Source: Blepharisma stoltei ATCC 30299 (taxonomy: Eukaryota > Protista > Ciliophora). From it: a DNA stretch of 64,000 nucleotides. Each line of letters begins with the position of its first letter. Position 1 is the first letter of the stretch. The position numbers were made by a program, and so were the translations under genes. Location: the NCBI GenBank assembly GCA_965603825.1, contig CBFDEM010000036.1:248001-312000 (forward strand), written 5' to 3'. Positions 23,414-35,695 of this stretch are shown here, piece after piece. The notes under the pieces were generated by a model. It made no database searches. It was given only the letters and a program-made list of their open reading frames with translations, and was not told where the DNA came from.

Positions 23414-24616
23414 TTAATCAGATGAAACTTTATTTTCCCAACGATTTTCTAAGCCTGATATATGTGGCATTGGGGCAATTTGAAAAACTTGTGTTAAATT
23501 ATATAAAAGGCATTGAATTGCAGTACTGATCTTGGAGTTGTCTACTAGTTTTCCAAATGTATGAAGAGGCAGCTCAATTCCATCATTAATAATAGATGAG
23601 CATGAACCAAAAAATTTCAGCGGATATCGTAGCTGAATTCGATAGATATGAGAAAGTCCACAAATAAGAAGCACGCTATGTCCTAATACAAAGCACATTT
23701 CTTCTTCACTTAAAACTTTAAAATTTTCTTCAGGGTTTCTAGCAAGTCATTCAAACACCAAAGTATTTTTGAAAACTTCATATAGCTCACTTACAAGCTT
23801 TATCCTCCTTATTTCAATCATCCATTGTATATTTGAGATCGAAAGTAAGCTTTTTTGAGCAATTTCCAAATTATTATTGTAATTTATTTTACTTCTTCCT
23901 AATAAATCATGCGAAATCGAGTTTTGAGCACTTAAAAACCTATTCAAGCCAGTAGAATTTTTGGATAAGACCCTTTTTTCAATAGCAGCTTCTTCCAAAT
24001 CATTCTTAAAATCCTTAAATTCATGGATTTTCTTTATTTTTGGATTATGAGTCTTTTTTTGTGAAGCAAATCGTGTCATTCTCTGCTTAATTTCGCTTAT
24101 TTTTTGGCTCAACTCTGAGATTTGCTTTCTGTGAAATAGAAGTTGCTGATATTGCTCTTTTAATTCCCCAAATTTTACATCTCGAGGGGTAGCCTCTTGT
24201 GTTGCTTGAAGCTTAATATGAATTCCAAAATTTTGTGTAAGTTTTGCAATTTCTTCAGCATGCCTTTGCGTTGTGTAGACTCCATCATCAGAAAACTCTA
24301 AAAAGCATGCAGTGGAATCGAAATTTTCTATTAAATTTATGTCTTGGACTGCTAAAAACATGTGTTTTGGATCAATTTCGTCTTCATAGAGTTCTTCTCC
24401 TTTTGTGTTGCAGATTTTAAGTTTTAATGGGAAAACATTACGTGGGATGTCAAAGTGTCTCCAAGTAGGATTTGATGATAAAGGATGTTGTAAAATCAGC
24501 ATAAATCGATTATCTTCATTTTCAAGGTATAGTTTCAAAGAAGAGGGAAAACTTGGTAGATTTCGAACAGCTATTGCAGTCAGTGTTTTCCAAGAGCAAT
24601 CGAATTCTATTGACAT
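23414..24616 (-). CDS. UVRAG/Vps38-like autophagy PI3K-complex subunit
   Basis: Coiled coil, then RR.KLVSELYEVF...LGH...LRYPLKFFGSCSSI.....LPLH...AIQCLLYNLTQ; joined through TGA at 23747. Confidence 0.75.
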
Positions 24617-24696
24617 TTTTAGAATCCTTAGCTTTTTTATGTTACAAGTTCATTTATTAAAATCACCAAAAATTATTTAAAGCTACAAAAATTTCA

Positions 24697-26046
24697 TTAT
24701 TTACTTGATGATACCTGCTTGCTATCATTTTTTGACTTATTTGAGTTTTCCACTCTATACCGTTGGAATTGACTAGCTTGCCGTTTAAGTTTTTCATACT
24801 CTTCAACAGCTTTTCTTGCTTTGATTTCTGCTTCTTTAAGTTTATTATCAATTTTAATCTGAGCGTATTTTTTCCTTGCCTTTACTCCTCTCCACCAGCT
24901 TTGAATCATAATCGCAGCAGTTCTTTCTTGTGCTTTTATCATCAATAAATTAATTTTCTTCTTTTTTGACGACATCACAGGCGTTAATCTTTCGCTTCTT
25001 TGGACTCTTTCGCTTAAATTTCTTGGTTTAAAAATTGAGACTTTGGTGTTTAGGTCAACTGTAAGGTTTTGCTTTTGGGTTATAATTTTTATGTTTCGTC
25101 TCTGGGAATTTATTGTGGAGTTTGGGCTGTTTTGTGATGAAGTAGAAGATCTTGTTGTATGCCCTGTATTAATGGCATCCTCATGGTGACTCCTATGTCG
25201 ATTTTGCTGTATTTTAAGGTTTTTTCAACCTCTAGTCTCATCAAGGCTTGTGCTATTGAATGTTCGACTGCCTTCGTGAGATATTGCTCTCTGATATGCA
25301 TTCCCAATTTGCACAACAGGCAATTTTTCACCTTTAGGTGGAGGCACTGAGCTTCTTGGGTCTCTTCTTTTGACTTTTCCTGCTCTTTTTTCACTTTGGC
25401 TCTCTGATTTCATGTCGCCATTATTTTTCATTTTTTCAGTTAACTCAACAAAGCTCTTTTTCAGAGTCATTGTTAGCGAGTTTTTCAGTCCAAGATGGTC
25501 TTTACTTAATTCTCAGCCTCTTCTATAGCAATCTGCTGCATCAGGAAATTGCATTAAATACTCATACTCTGCTCCTACATTGTGATATGCTATAATCAGT
25601 GTGGAAATTAATCCAGGCTGTGAGTTATAGTTATTTTTTAAGAGGTACAATGATTTCAAAGCGTGCCGTAAAGCACGCTCATGCTCTCCTTCATTGGAGA
25701 GAATAGCACAAATATTCAAATGAGATCCAGCAATGTTGGCAAATTCATTTGGCAAGTTCTTTTCCATTTCTACTGCTTTGAAGAGATAATTTAAAGCTTC
25801 GCTGTGGTTTCCTGTTCTTTTAAAGAAACAGCCGAGATTATTATAGGTGATTGCTAATAATTTTTGTCTCGGTAAGGTGTCTTTTAAAGATTTTATGCTT
25901 GAAAAAGCTTGTTTTAAATAGTTCATTGAAGAGTCATAGTCTCCTTCTCTAAGATAATCCATAGCAATTTTATTGTAGTGCAAGATTTCATCTTCTGAGA
26001 GCCTGGATGTTCGCGAAAATGTTGACTCAGTTGATCTTTCAGTCAT
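24697..26046 (-). CDS. TPR-repeat protein with C-terminal IQ calmodulin-binding motif
   Basis: AITYNNLGCFFKRTG, LNICAILS, IAYHNVGAEYEYL; IQSWWRGVKARKKY; one frame through TGA at 25513 and 25225. Confidence 0.88.
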
Positions 26047-26393
26047 TTTTCTAATCTACTTGCAAAATTAATTTTGTTTTAAAATAAACTTGTGAGCAAT
26101 TGAAATATCAAATTATTATTTTGATAAATATAATGCTTAAAATAGTTTTAAACAGTTAAAGCAACTTCAAGTATTGAGTCTTTTTATTTGAATGACCTAA
26201 TTTTATGTTACTTGGATGATTCAGAAGTAATTTATAAGCTTCCTCAGTTAATGATCTTTCAGCTGTAATGTGCGATCATTTAATAAAAATAATATCTTTT
26301 GAAGCTATCTACTAATATTTTATTCATTTTTAGAGTAAAAGTGTTAGGATATTTTTGCAAGGCCAATAAAGAATAATAAACACTGTAAAGAAC

Positions 26394-27710
26394 ATGATTC
26401 TAGAATCAAATACTTTAGAAAGAGCAAGCTCAAATAGCAATCATACTTATAAGATTCAAGATGATAATCCCGAATGCCTTGTTGTAAATTCCATAATTGA
26501 AGATCATTCAAATATTCCTGAAAGAAAAGAAAGCATAGAGATAAAGCATGCTGTGAAAAAGTCTGCAACAAGGTCATTCTTTGATTCTTCTAAGACTGGA
26601 CCTATTAATTTGAACAATAATGAAACTTCAATGAGTGAATCAAAGATGAACTTAGATGAAATAAAGCACGCTGTGAAAAAATCGGCAACAAAAGTGCTTT
26701 TTGAAGATAATGATATAGAAAGAATTAGACGAAGAGCAAATAAAATAGAATTTGATAGCCAAAGCATTGGAACATCTCAAGAAACTGATTGCAGCAATTC
26801 AGATAACTATCTATCAGGCGCTAAAACTCACACTCTGAAATCTAAGAGTAGAAAAGTTGGTCAAAAAATAAATAGCTTTGAAAAGAGAGACTCTGCTATA
26901 AGCCCTCCAAACAAAAAACTAAAACTGTTAGGAGAAAACAATTTAGTTCAGAAACCAATTAATAGTAGTTCTGATAACTCTATTCATAAAGATCAAGGCA
27001 CAAAAAAACGTAGTACAATCATTAAAGAAAACAGTGAATTAGAAAATTTGTCAGGTCAAAATCTTCAGCAAGAAAATCAATCTAATGAAGATAATGGAGA
27101 AGAAATTCTTACAGAAAGTACAAGAAATGAAGTTATTGCCAAAATATTTCCAGATAGAAGTGGTAGAGATAGGTCATCTGGAGTACATAAAAAGCCGCTT
27201 AAAAGCAAGTCAAAATTTTCAAAATACCCAACCAGACCCCATAAAATTGAACCTCCGAAACCTCCACAGGAAATTCCAATTGGAGATAGGATTTCAGCAT
27301 GGAATCAATTAAAATCAGGATACTTGAATAGAAGGAAAATCGCAATCGCAAAATCAGAAAATAGTAAATCAGGAGATCAAATTAAAAGCGAAAGCACACA
27401 AGAGCCTCAATTGAGAATTTTCAATGAAGATATCCAAATAAAAATGCAAAATAATGAGCCAGGAACTCTAAATGACCTTTTTGGAAGACTCAAAGCATTT
27501 CTGAGAGATAAAGCTCAAACAAGCTTGAATTCCTACATATTGGATGGCAACGAAGATTTATTAATTTTATTTGGCAGGAGAGAAATTCCGTACGACGATT
27601 TATCAAATCTTGTGTTGAATAGTTCGTCAGTCTATGTAGAAGAGAATGATTGGAGAAAAAGGGCCAGTCTGGATAAAGATGGAAAAGAAAAGGAAGAAGC
27701 TGACAATTAA
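26394..27710 (+). CDS. Hypothetical, largely disordered protein with an internal duplicated motif
   Basis: 438-aa ORF; EIKHAVKKSAT occurs twice. Confidence 0.75.
   Translation: MILESNTLERASSNSNHTYKIQDDNPECLVVNSIIEDHSNIPERKESIEIKHAVKKSATRSFFDSSKTGPINLNNNETSMSESKMNLDEIKHAVKKSATKVLFEDNDIERIRRRANKIEFDSQSIGTSQETDCSNSDNYLSGAKTHTLKSKSRKVGQKINSFEKRDSAISPPNKKLKLLGENNLVQKPINSSSDNSIHKDQGTKKRSTIIKENSELENLSGQNLQQENQSNEDNGEEILTESTRNEVIAKIFPDRSGRDRSSGVHKKPLKSKSKFSKYPTRPHKIEPPKPPQEIPIGDRISAWNQLKSGYLNRRKIAIAKSENSKSGDQIKSESTQEPQLRIFNEDIQIKMQNNEPGTLNDLFGRLKAFLRDKAQTSLNSYILDGNEDLLILFGRREIPYDDLSNLVLNSSSVYVEENDWRKRASLDKDGKEKEEADN
26538..26690 (+). repeat. Two copies of a 33-nt coding repeat (EIKHAVKKSAT), 120 nt apart
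   Basis: 26538-26570 versus 26658-26690; the differences are synonymous. Confidence 0.85.
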
Positions 27711-27896
27711 TTCGATCCTAGTAAAAAGTAATGCTATCTTTTATTTCTATATAATTATGTATAAATATAAGCCAGAATTTATAATTCATTTACTTGATAT
27801 TGAAGTATAATATTTTGCCTAAATGGATAATAATAATTATTTGGGTCAAATTATTTTTAAAATAATTATTATTTTGTGTTGATCATTGTGTAAAAA

Positions 27897-29330
27897 TTAG
27901 TTTCTCGTTGTATCGTCTTCTCTCAGCTTCAATAAAAGCTGAAACGCTCTACTCGTACTGGCTGGAATTTCTTCTCTTGATTCAGTGTTCGTTCCTACGA
28001 AAGGAACAGGTAAGGGCAGATAATTTGTCACTCCTCTTGTTGTGTTATTTATTCTTTCCATCATCGCATGCGAAATTAATCCATCTGAATTCAAATTGAT
28101 GGGCTGAGACTGTGAAAGCGCATCAAAACTCGCAGATGATGGCTGCTGCTTACGAATTCATGGATGCTCTAAAGCTTCTTTAGCACTAATTCGTGTGCCT
28201 GGGTTAGGATCAGTCATTTTCAGTACTAAGTCTATCCCTGCTTTTGAGATATTTTTCCAGTGTTTTGGCTTGAAGTAAATTTTGCACTGTTTATTTTGCT
28301 GAAGCACGTCTTGCTGTGCGTTTCCAGCAAATGGGACTCTCCCACATAAGATAATGTAGAGAATGACCCCAGCGCTAAAAACGTCAATCTTGGTCCCATA
28401 GGGCATATTTCTCAATATTTCAGGAGCTACGTATCCAGGTGACCCGCATTTCAAAAATCCATTGTTTTTTATTTCGCAGGCGAGCCCGAAGTCGACAAGT
28501 TTGATTTTTGTGTCATCTTCGCTGGACATCATTAGAATATTTTCTGGTTTCAGATCTCTGTGAACAATTTTTAACTCATGCATATAGCTTAATGCCTCCA
28601 ACAGATTTTTGATGAAACAGCATGCATTGTATTCTGAAAAGGTGACCTTCTTCAGCAGTCTTTGGAACAGATCTCCTCCTTTGACATAGTCTAATATCAA
28701 ATTTACATGTTTTTCGCTTTCATAGACTCTGTGAATTGCGACCAGGTTGGGATGATGTAGTTTTTTCATTATATTAATTTCATTGACGACTGCTGAGACC
28801 CCTCTAGTACTATTTAATAGTTTTTTCTTTGAAATCGATTTCAAAGCGAACTCTTCATAGTTATCTACATCTTGGACCAAATATACCTTTGCGTAATTCC
28901 CTTTGCCAATTTTTTTGATAATCACATAATCCTCTTCTATGTCTGATAAAATGCAAATTGAATTGAGGAAATTCAGCCACAAGTCTAGCTCTTTGTTTGT
29001 CTGTGCATAAAAATCGTAGAAAATACTTCCTTTGCCCAGCCTAAATCCAAATCTCTTTACTGCTCCTTTCTCCTCTGTAAATGGTTGAACAGTTTTGCAC
29101 GCAATAAACGCGTATTTTTTGATTTGGTTGGATTTAGATAAAGCGTATAAAGAAGTAGTTGTGAGTACAAACTTTTTTGCCTTGAGGTAATTTTGATTTT
29201 TTAAAATTTCAAGCTCACCTTCAAAAACTGTGTGGTTTTGTAAATCAGAAATGTTTGAAAAATTGCATTCCTGTCAAAATTCCGAGCTTGGATTAGCTTG
29301 GCGATCAGCTTCTTCAAATACTGAAATCAT
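27897..29330 (-). CDS. PH-domain CAMK-group Ser/Thr kinase
   Basis: GKGNYAKV, ALK, HRDLKPEN, DFG, CGSPGYVAPE, ALEHP[TGA=W]. PH-like N-terminus (DFYAQTNKELDLWL) from ATG 29330. Confidence 0.93.
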
Positions 29331-30093
29331 ACTTGACTTGTATAAAAAAAATGATTACTATACTGGCTAAATTATTTCTTAAAATTACAAATTAAAGTCA
29401 GGTTTAATGGGGAATTTGAACTAATAACAATCTTGATGGTATATATTATTTATTAATCACATTTTTTGCTTCTTTACTAAGCATGAAACATGTCAAAATT
29501 TAAATTCTGCACGTTTATTGATTGAAATGACCGAAAACTTAGATTTTAAATTCTATTCATAAAAATAAATTAGATTTACCTGGAAAGTATCAGAGCGCCC
29601 AACTCTAACTCACAAACTTAAAATTATATATCTGTTACATTAAATTAAAATAAATATAAAATATTCTATTATAACCCCAAGCGAGTTTTTTTTTCTTCCA
29701 TTTAAGTTTTCAAAAGTTTGGAAGTTAAAAATATCTTCTTGTTTTAATCTAAAAAATGCAAATGCTTATTTTTTCAATAAATGATTTACTAGAAATTACA
29801 CTAATTTAAAATTGTGTCAAAAAATTTTTGGATTCTCCTCCTGATTTTTTGACTGATTGACTTAATTTCATTATGAATATCTATTGCTACTATGTATTGC
29901 ATCGCAGAGTATCTATCAAATTAGGCATCTCTTTATTCTATCCTTATATAATGTAGCTTTATATTTCAATCATTTTATGATCTTAGAGCATAGTCAGAAT
30001 AAATTATTATTAAATAAGCATAACAGTGAGACCTAAACCTTAAATTTTTCGGTAAGTCATATTTATTAAAAAAAACCTGTGAATATTTCACAA

Positions 30094-30984
30094 ATGGGAT
30101 TAACAGAGAACCAAAATGAAATTCTATTCATAATCTACGCATCAATATCAGCATTGAGCTTAGCTGGCTCAATCTTTATATGCATTGTCTATTTGAGCTT
30201 CAAAGACCTTCAGATTTTTCAATTCAAGTTAGTCACCTACTTAGCATTAGTAGATGCAGGTACATCTCTTTCGTTCTTTTTGCCAAGTTATCTTGATGAT
30301 ATCATATGCCAAGCTCAAGCATTCCTGATTTCATTCTTTACACTTTCAGGAGTCCTTTGAACTTCTGCAATAGCTCATGCCCTCTATAAATCTGCAATTC
30401 GAGAATATAAAGATATCAGCATTTACCACAAGCCTTACATTCTGTATGCTTGCGGGCTTGCCTTGCTAGCTTCTATAGCTCCTTTTATTACTGAAAGTTA
30501 TGGCAATGCCGACAGCTGATGCTGGGTCAGAACCGATAAAGACCGTGCTCAAGAAACGATCCTCCGACTATTGATATATTATATTCCCCTCTGACTAGTC
30601 ATTCCTTTTAACCTTATAGTCTACCTTAAAGTCATTGTAAAAATAAACCGAGAAATCTCAAACATAAACGAAGAAGAATTTACTAGAAGGCAGCTTATAA
30701 GGAAACTCTTATTATACCCACTCATTCTCATTATTTGTCAAACTCCTGTCACAATCAACAGGATCCATGATTATTTTGACGACGATCCAGAATTCGCTTT
30801 AGTCCTGATATCAGGGGTCGGAATTTGTATCAATGGGTTGCTTAATGCGATTATATACGGATGCACAGAAAGCGTGAAGCTAGCTGTAGCCAGTTGGTGG
30901 AGAGGCAATGGCAAAACCAGGTCGACCAGAGTTAGTTTTCTTTCTGACGAAAGCAATAAGATGGACGAACTTAATACATTTTAA
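30094..30984 (+). CDS. 7-TM GPCR of the cAMP-receptor/GCR1-like family
   Basis: CQAQAFLISFFTLSGVL[W]TSAIA, YGNADS[W]CWV, YYIPL[W], YPLILIIC.TP.TINR, GLLNAIIYG; three TGA read as W. Confidence 0.9.
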
Positions 30985-31017
30985 CTGAGATTTTAGAAAC
31001 TTATAAGGCAACGCCTT

Positions 31018-32694
31018 TTATTCTTTATGCTTAAGCTCCATTTCTCTCTGCTGTTCAAGTCTCATCACGTATTTCATGACCTTCCCTGACACCGTTAATG
31101 GGAATGAATCGACTATCTTAATGATTTTCGGGACTTTATATTTAGCGATTTTCCCTCTGCAAAACTGAGCGAGGCTCTCGTGATTAAGAGGGGTCTTGTC
31201 TGGCTTCATTTTGATCCAGGCGCACACTTGTTCTCCGTATCTCTCATCAGGAATTCCAATAACAGCTACATCTTCAATGTCTGGGTGGGTTTGCAAGAAA
31301 TTCTCGAGCTCAGCTGGATAAATATTTTCGCCTCCCCATATAATCATATCTTTGCTTCTTCCAACGATTTTCACAAACCCGTGCTCGTCCATGGATGCTT
31401 GATCTCCTGTATGCATCCATCCGTCAGCGTCGATAGCTTCATTTGTAGCTTTTTGGTCTCCCCAGTAGTATTTCATGACGAAATAGCCTCTTGTGCACAA
31501 TTCACCGACTTCTCCTCTTTCGACAATTTGCCCGCTACTGTCAATAATTTTTGCTTCACCATGTGGGTGGACTTCTCCTACTGTTGAAATTCTTTTTTCG
31601 AAATCTGCATTTGGATGAAGCTGGAAAGAAACTGGGCTGGTTTCAGTCATTCCGTAGCAGTTCGTGATGTTTGGGACGTGCAACTGGTCAACCATTTTCT
31701 TCATCAGCTCTGCAGTGCAGACTGATCCTGCGACAACGCCAGTTCTTAGTGAGTCAATATGCCGTTTCTTCCTTTCTTGCTCTTTTAAATAGGCAATAAA
31801 CATGGTTGGGACACCATAAATTGAAGTGATTTTTTCGTTTTCGACAGCATCCATACTTGCGACCGGGTTGAACATTGCATCAGGATATACCATAGTCGCC
31901 CCGTGGGAAATGCAGGCAAGGTTTCCAATAACCATACCAAAGCAATGATAAAGTGGCACTGAAATGCAGACTTTATCGTGGTGAGTGTATTTTAAGACTT
32001 CTCCACAATAAAAGCCATTATTTAGCACATTATGATGAGATAAAGTGGCTGCTTTGGGCTTTCCAGTAGTTCCAGAGGTAAATTGTATATTGTAAGGGTC
32101 TTCAAAATTAATATTTTGGGTTCTAGTTAAATATTCATCACTTCTAAGATTGTCGAGTTCTTCAAGCTTCATCATACCCTTATGGTTCTTATTATCAGTC
32201 AAAATGACTCGTCTTAAGTGAGGCAATCTGGCTGAATTGAGCTCTCCTATTTTTGAATCGTGGATTTCAGGCGCAAGTGCTTCAATCATCCCGATGTAGT
32301 TGTTATGCCTGTTGTGGGATGGCATGATTAGAGTATCTACCTGAACTTTATTCAATGCGTACTCTAGTTCCGTTTCCTGGGAAGAAGGGTTGACATTTAC
32401 AAGAATTAGGTCGGCCATTGCTGCTGCACACATAGTTAGAGTCCAGTCTTTACAGTTTGGAGCAAATATTCCTATTCTTGATTGTTTTGGGAGACCAAGG
32501 GCAACAAGACCTTCTGCCATGGATTCTGCTCGATCAAGCAGTTCTTTATAAGTCCATCTAGCCTTTTCGGCAACACTTACGATGGCATCTTCTTTTGGAT
32601 GCTTGTGAGCTGTTTCTCTCAGCATCGCTCCTACAGTTTTTCCTAGTAAACCTTTGCCACCGGCAGAGACATAGCTTAAATGCTTAACTCTCAT
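31018..32694 (-). CDS. ACSF2: AMP-dependent acyl-CoA synthetase, ACSF2-like
   Basis: IQFTSGTTGKPK, PLYHCFG, YGMTETSP, GWMHTGD, GGENIYP, TVSGKV. First ATG at 32694. Confidence 0.93.
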   Translation of the reverse strand: MRVKHLSYVSAGGKGLLGKTVGAMLRETAHKHPKEDAIVSVAEKARWTYKELLDRAESMAEGLVALGLPKQSRIGIFAPNCKDWTLTMCAAAMADLILVNVNPSSQETELEYALNKVQVDTLIMPSHNRHNNYIGMIEALAPEIHDSKIGELNSARLPHLRRVILTDNKNHKGMMKLEELDNLRSDEYLTRTQNINFEDPYNIQFTSGTTGKPKAATLSHHNVLNNGFYCGEVLKYTHHDKVCISVPLYHCFGMVIGNLACISHGATMVYPDAMFNPVASMDAVENEKITSIYGVPTMFIAYLKEQERKKRHIDSLRTGVVAGSVCTAELMKKMVDQLHVPNITNCYGMTETSPVSFQLHPNADFEKRISTVGEVHPHGEAKIIDSSGQIVERGEVGELCTRGYFVMKYYWGDQKATNEAIDADGWMHTGDQASMDEHGFVKIVGRSKDMIIWGGENIYPAELENFLQTHPDIEDVAVIGIPDERYGEQVCAWIKMKPDKTPLNHESLAQFCRGKIAKYKVPKIIKIVDSFPLTVSGKVMKYVMRLEQQREMELKHKE

Positions 32695-32909
32695 ATTTAT
32701 AGCCACAATATATCATTTTGACACCTAATGATAACGGTTAAAAAACCTATAAACACATTTTATTAAAAATAATAATTATTCAACAATTTAAAAGTAAATT
32801 GAATAAGTTTGAATGAGAAAGACGATGACTAGAATGCAGCTTATTTATACTGCTTTGAAAAGTTTGATAAGCTTAAAATATAGAGTCAATCCATTGAGTG
32901 GCTTTTTAA

Positions 32910-33131
32910 TTATTTGATCCATGCATAGATTGTTGCAGCTAGCGTGCATCCTAATAGGCCGACTACGAGTAAGATACAAAAATAATGAATAAAATTTAAT
33001 TTTGTCGGGATTTCGAAATCTTCATCAGTGTCCGAATCTGTTTGATCTTCTTTATCTATCAATAGTACTCTTATTTTATCATTATTTCTATTTGATAGCA
33101 TCTGTTCTGTTCCACTTTCTTCATTTGACAT
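32910..33131 (-). CDS. Small tail-anchored membrane protein
   Basis: 73 aa; acidic N-terminus and a single C-terminal hydrophobic helix. Confidence 0.65.
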   Translation of the reverse strand: MSNEESGTEQMLSNRNNDKIRVLLIDKEDQTDSDTDEDFEIPTKLNFIHYFCILLVVGLLGCTLAATIYAWIK

Positions 33132-33497
33132 TATTTTCTGATATTTATAAATTCTTTTGATTTTCTATTATATAATAACTTAGTTTTTGACCAATGATTA
33201 GGGATTTTTCGAATGATTTTTCATGGAGGATAGTAAGTAATTCAAAAATTATTATTAATTGCCTTTCTTTAAATCTTATACCTAATTATAAAATAACTTT
33301 TGCTAATACTAAAAATTATTCTGTTAGATAAAATTGAGTTATAGATTAAAGAGCAATTTTATTCATTTCAGATTTTGATAGATCCTATTTCATAGCTTAT
33401 AAAATATCCTTTCTAATTGCTCCTGCTTTATTTACGATTTTGAATAGAATATCTTCTCAGCTTCCATTTATACGATTATAAAGAAATCGCCAAAAGA

Positions 33498-33761
33498 ATG
33501 AATAACCTAAAATACGCCAAAATTGTCCTCGGAGTGAGTGCAGTTATTGCTGCATCAATCCCCATAAGTGTTTTGCTTGACCAAAAAAAATCAAGTGCGA
33601 ACAGAAAAAAGAACATTTTGGTAGACAGAGAAAGAATGCGACAAAAACTCGAGAAAAATCCAAACCTAAAAATGAAAACTGAGTTAGAAATTCTGCCTAT
33701 AAAGCCTGAAAATAATGATTTCATTCTAAGTCCACACATTGATCATAGAAGTCACAAATAA
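33498..33761 (+). CDS. Small single-TM protein
   Basis: 87 aa; N-terminal hydrophobic segment followed by a basic region. Confidence 0.6.
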   Translation: MNNLKYAKIVLGVSAVIAASIPISVLLDQKKSSANRKKNILVDRERMRQKLEKNPNLKMKTELEILPIKPENNDFILSPHIDHRSHK

Positions 33762-33782
33762 TAAAATAATTTTAAACTTATT

Positions 33783-35216
33783 TTAACTTAGCTGCCCACA
33801 CTGCACAATTTTGACTTCTTCTGTAGGTTTATCTTGTTCTCCAGTCTTCAAATTTTCTACGTCTCTGCACACTTCCATCCCTTCAATGACTCTTCCAAAT
33901 ACCACATGTTTTTCGTCTAAATGTGGAGTTGCTTCATAAGTAATGAAAAACTGAGAACCATTTGTGTTTTTACCAGCGTTGGCCATAGAAAGCAGTCCTG
34001 GCTGTGTATGGTGAATCCTGAAGTTTTCGTCTTCAAATTTCTCGCCATATATGCTTTCTCCGCCAGTGCCGTTGAAGTTTGTGAAATCCCCTCCTTGCAT
34101 CATAAACCCTTTGATAACTCTGTGGAAAATTGAATTTTGATAAGATAATGGGATACCTCTAGAGTTGGCTCCTTTTTCGCCAGTGCAAAGAGCTCTGAAG
34201 TTTTCGACTGTCCTTGGGACTATATCAGCAAAAAGCTCAAATACAATTCTTCGGGGAGCTGCGTTGCCTATAGTAATGTCAAAGAAGCATTTTGGATTAT
34301 TTGGATTCGGCTCAGCAGGGATTTGATAAGGTCTTTCAGGCATCTTTTTTTCTTCATACATAGAAAGCTTGGAAAACATGTTCCCATATCGCTTTTTATC
34401 TTTTTCTCTTTCTTCTTTAAGTCTTTGATTAATCTTGGACCTTAATACTTTGAAGTCAGCGTTTTCAGGTTCAATTGCTAGTCCAGCTTTACAATCTTCT
34501 AAAGCTTCTTCAGGAAGCCCAAAGTTTACTCTTGCGCTTGCTCTTCTGAAGAGGACTTTGATATTATTCGGCTCAATTTTTAATGCCTCATTGCAATTGT
34601 TAATGGCTTCTCCCCACTCTCCTAGTTTTACATTGCAAATAGCTAAATTTGAATAAAGCTGTGTTTTCAAGGTTTTTAGCTCTCTTGAAGTTTCGTTTAC
34701 ATCTTCTTGATCGAGTGGATCATCTTCTATATAAGATAAAGCTTCTCTGTAAAATTTGTCCCTTGCTTCCAAGTATTGTCCTTTTTTCACTTCTTCATTG
34801 CCTTGTTCTTTAAGTTTTTTGGCTCTTTCAACTCTGACATGGTATTCAAGTTCACTTTTGTCTTCTTCGTCTGCTTCTTTGATTCTTAATAGCTCTACTT
34901 CGAATTTCAAGGTAGCCTTCTTAGGAATTTTAGGTGGCATTCCATTGTCTCCATAAGCGTAATCAGATCTGCAGGTCAAAATTGATTTTTCTCCAACTCG
35001 CATAGTAGCTACACCTTGGTCCCACCCTTTAATTACAGATCCTTGGCCGAGTTTGAATGTAAATGGAGTGCCACGAGAGATAGAAGAATCGAATTCGGTC
35101 CCATCTTCTAAGGTTCCTCTGTAATGGACCTCGACATCATCTCCAGGCTTCGGATATTCACCAGAGCCTTCCATAAGAATTTCTTTAAGAATGCCACCGT
35201 CGTTAGAAATATCCAT
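33783..35216 (-). CDS. Dual-family immunophilin: FKBP, TPR, cyclophilin (FCBP-type)
   Basis: FKBP: [35 protein letters not shown]. Three TPRs. Cyclophilin: [36 protein letters not shown]. Confidence 0.96.
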   Translation of the reverse strand: MDISNDGGILKEILMEGSGEYPKPGDDVEVHYRGTLEDGTEFDSSISRGTPFTFKLGQGSVIKGWDQGVATMRVGEKSILTCRSDYAYGDNGMPPKIPKKATLKFEVELLRIKEADEEDKSELEYHVRVERAKKLKEQGNEEVKKGQYLEARDKFYREALSYIEDDPLDQEDVNETSRELKTLKTQLYSNLAICNVKLGEWGEAINNCNEALKIEPNNIKVLFRRASARVNFGLPEEALEDCKAGLAIEPENADFKVLRSKINQRLKEEREKDKKRYGNMFSKLSMYEEKKMPERPYQIPAEPNPNNPKCFFDITIGNAAPRRIVFELFADIVPRTVENFRALCTGEKGANSRGIPLSYQNSIFHRVIKGFMMQGGDFTNFNGTGGESIYGEKFEDENFRIHHTQPGLLSMANAGKNTNGSQFFITYEATPHLDEKHVVFGRVIEGMEVCRDVENLKTGEQDKPTEEVKIVQCGQLS

Positions 35217-35695
35217 AATATAATAAATGCACGTACTTTAGGCTTATCTCTAAAATGGAAGAGTCTAGAACAATCTTAATGGTTGAGGCTTCAGCCTTAA
35301 CATTTATAATTTTTGCAAATAAAGCAGGTACTAAATCTGCGTTTATTTAAAATAGTTTTAAATTTCAAAAATGAAATTTATTGTAGTCTATTTGAGTATT
35401 ATTCTGGAACAATTGAAAGTGGTCTTATTCATATAAATGTTTTGAGCCTTAATTCTAATACCGCCTTATTTTTCTTTTTCTCTATTCAAATAAATCTTTG
35501 AAACCTAATTTATATGGTTTGCATATGCTTTTTTCCTGGAGAATTATTTAAATCAGGATCAGGAGATTTACATCTCAAGCTATGTTTAGATTTAATCAAT
35601 TCCTTTGAAAATATTTAAGAATAAGGCTAACTAAACTCTCCATAGAATTAATATATTTTTAAATTAACTCAAATATTATAAATATTCATAAAGCA

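Noticed and set aside
29587-29596. GTATCAGAGC resembling an LTR-retrotransposon tRNA-Met primer-binding site
   Set aside because: Lacks the adjoining TG of TGGTATCAGAGC; no LTRs or gag/pol nearby.
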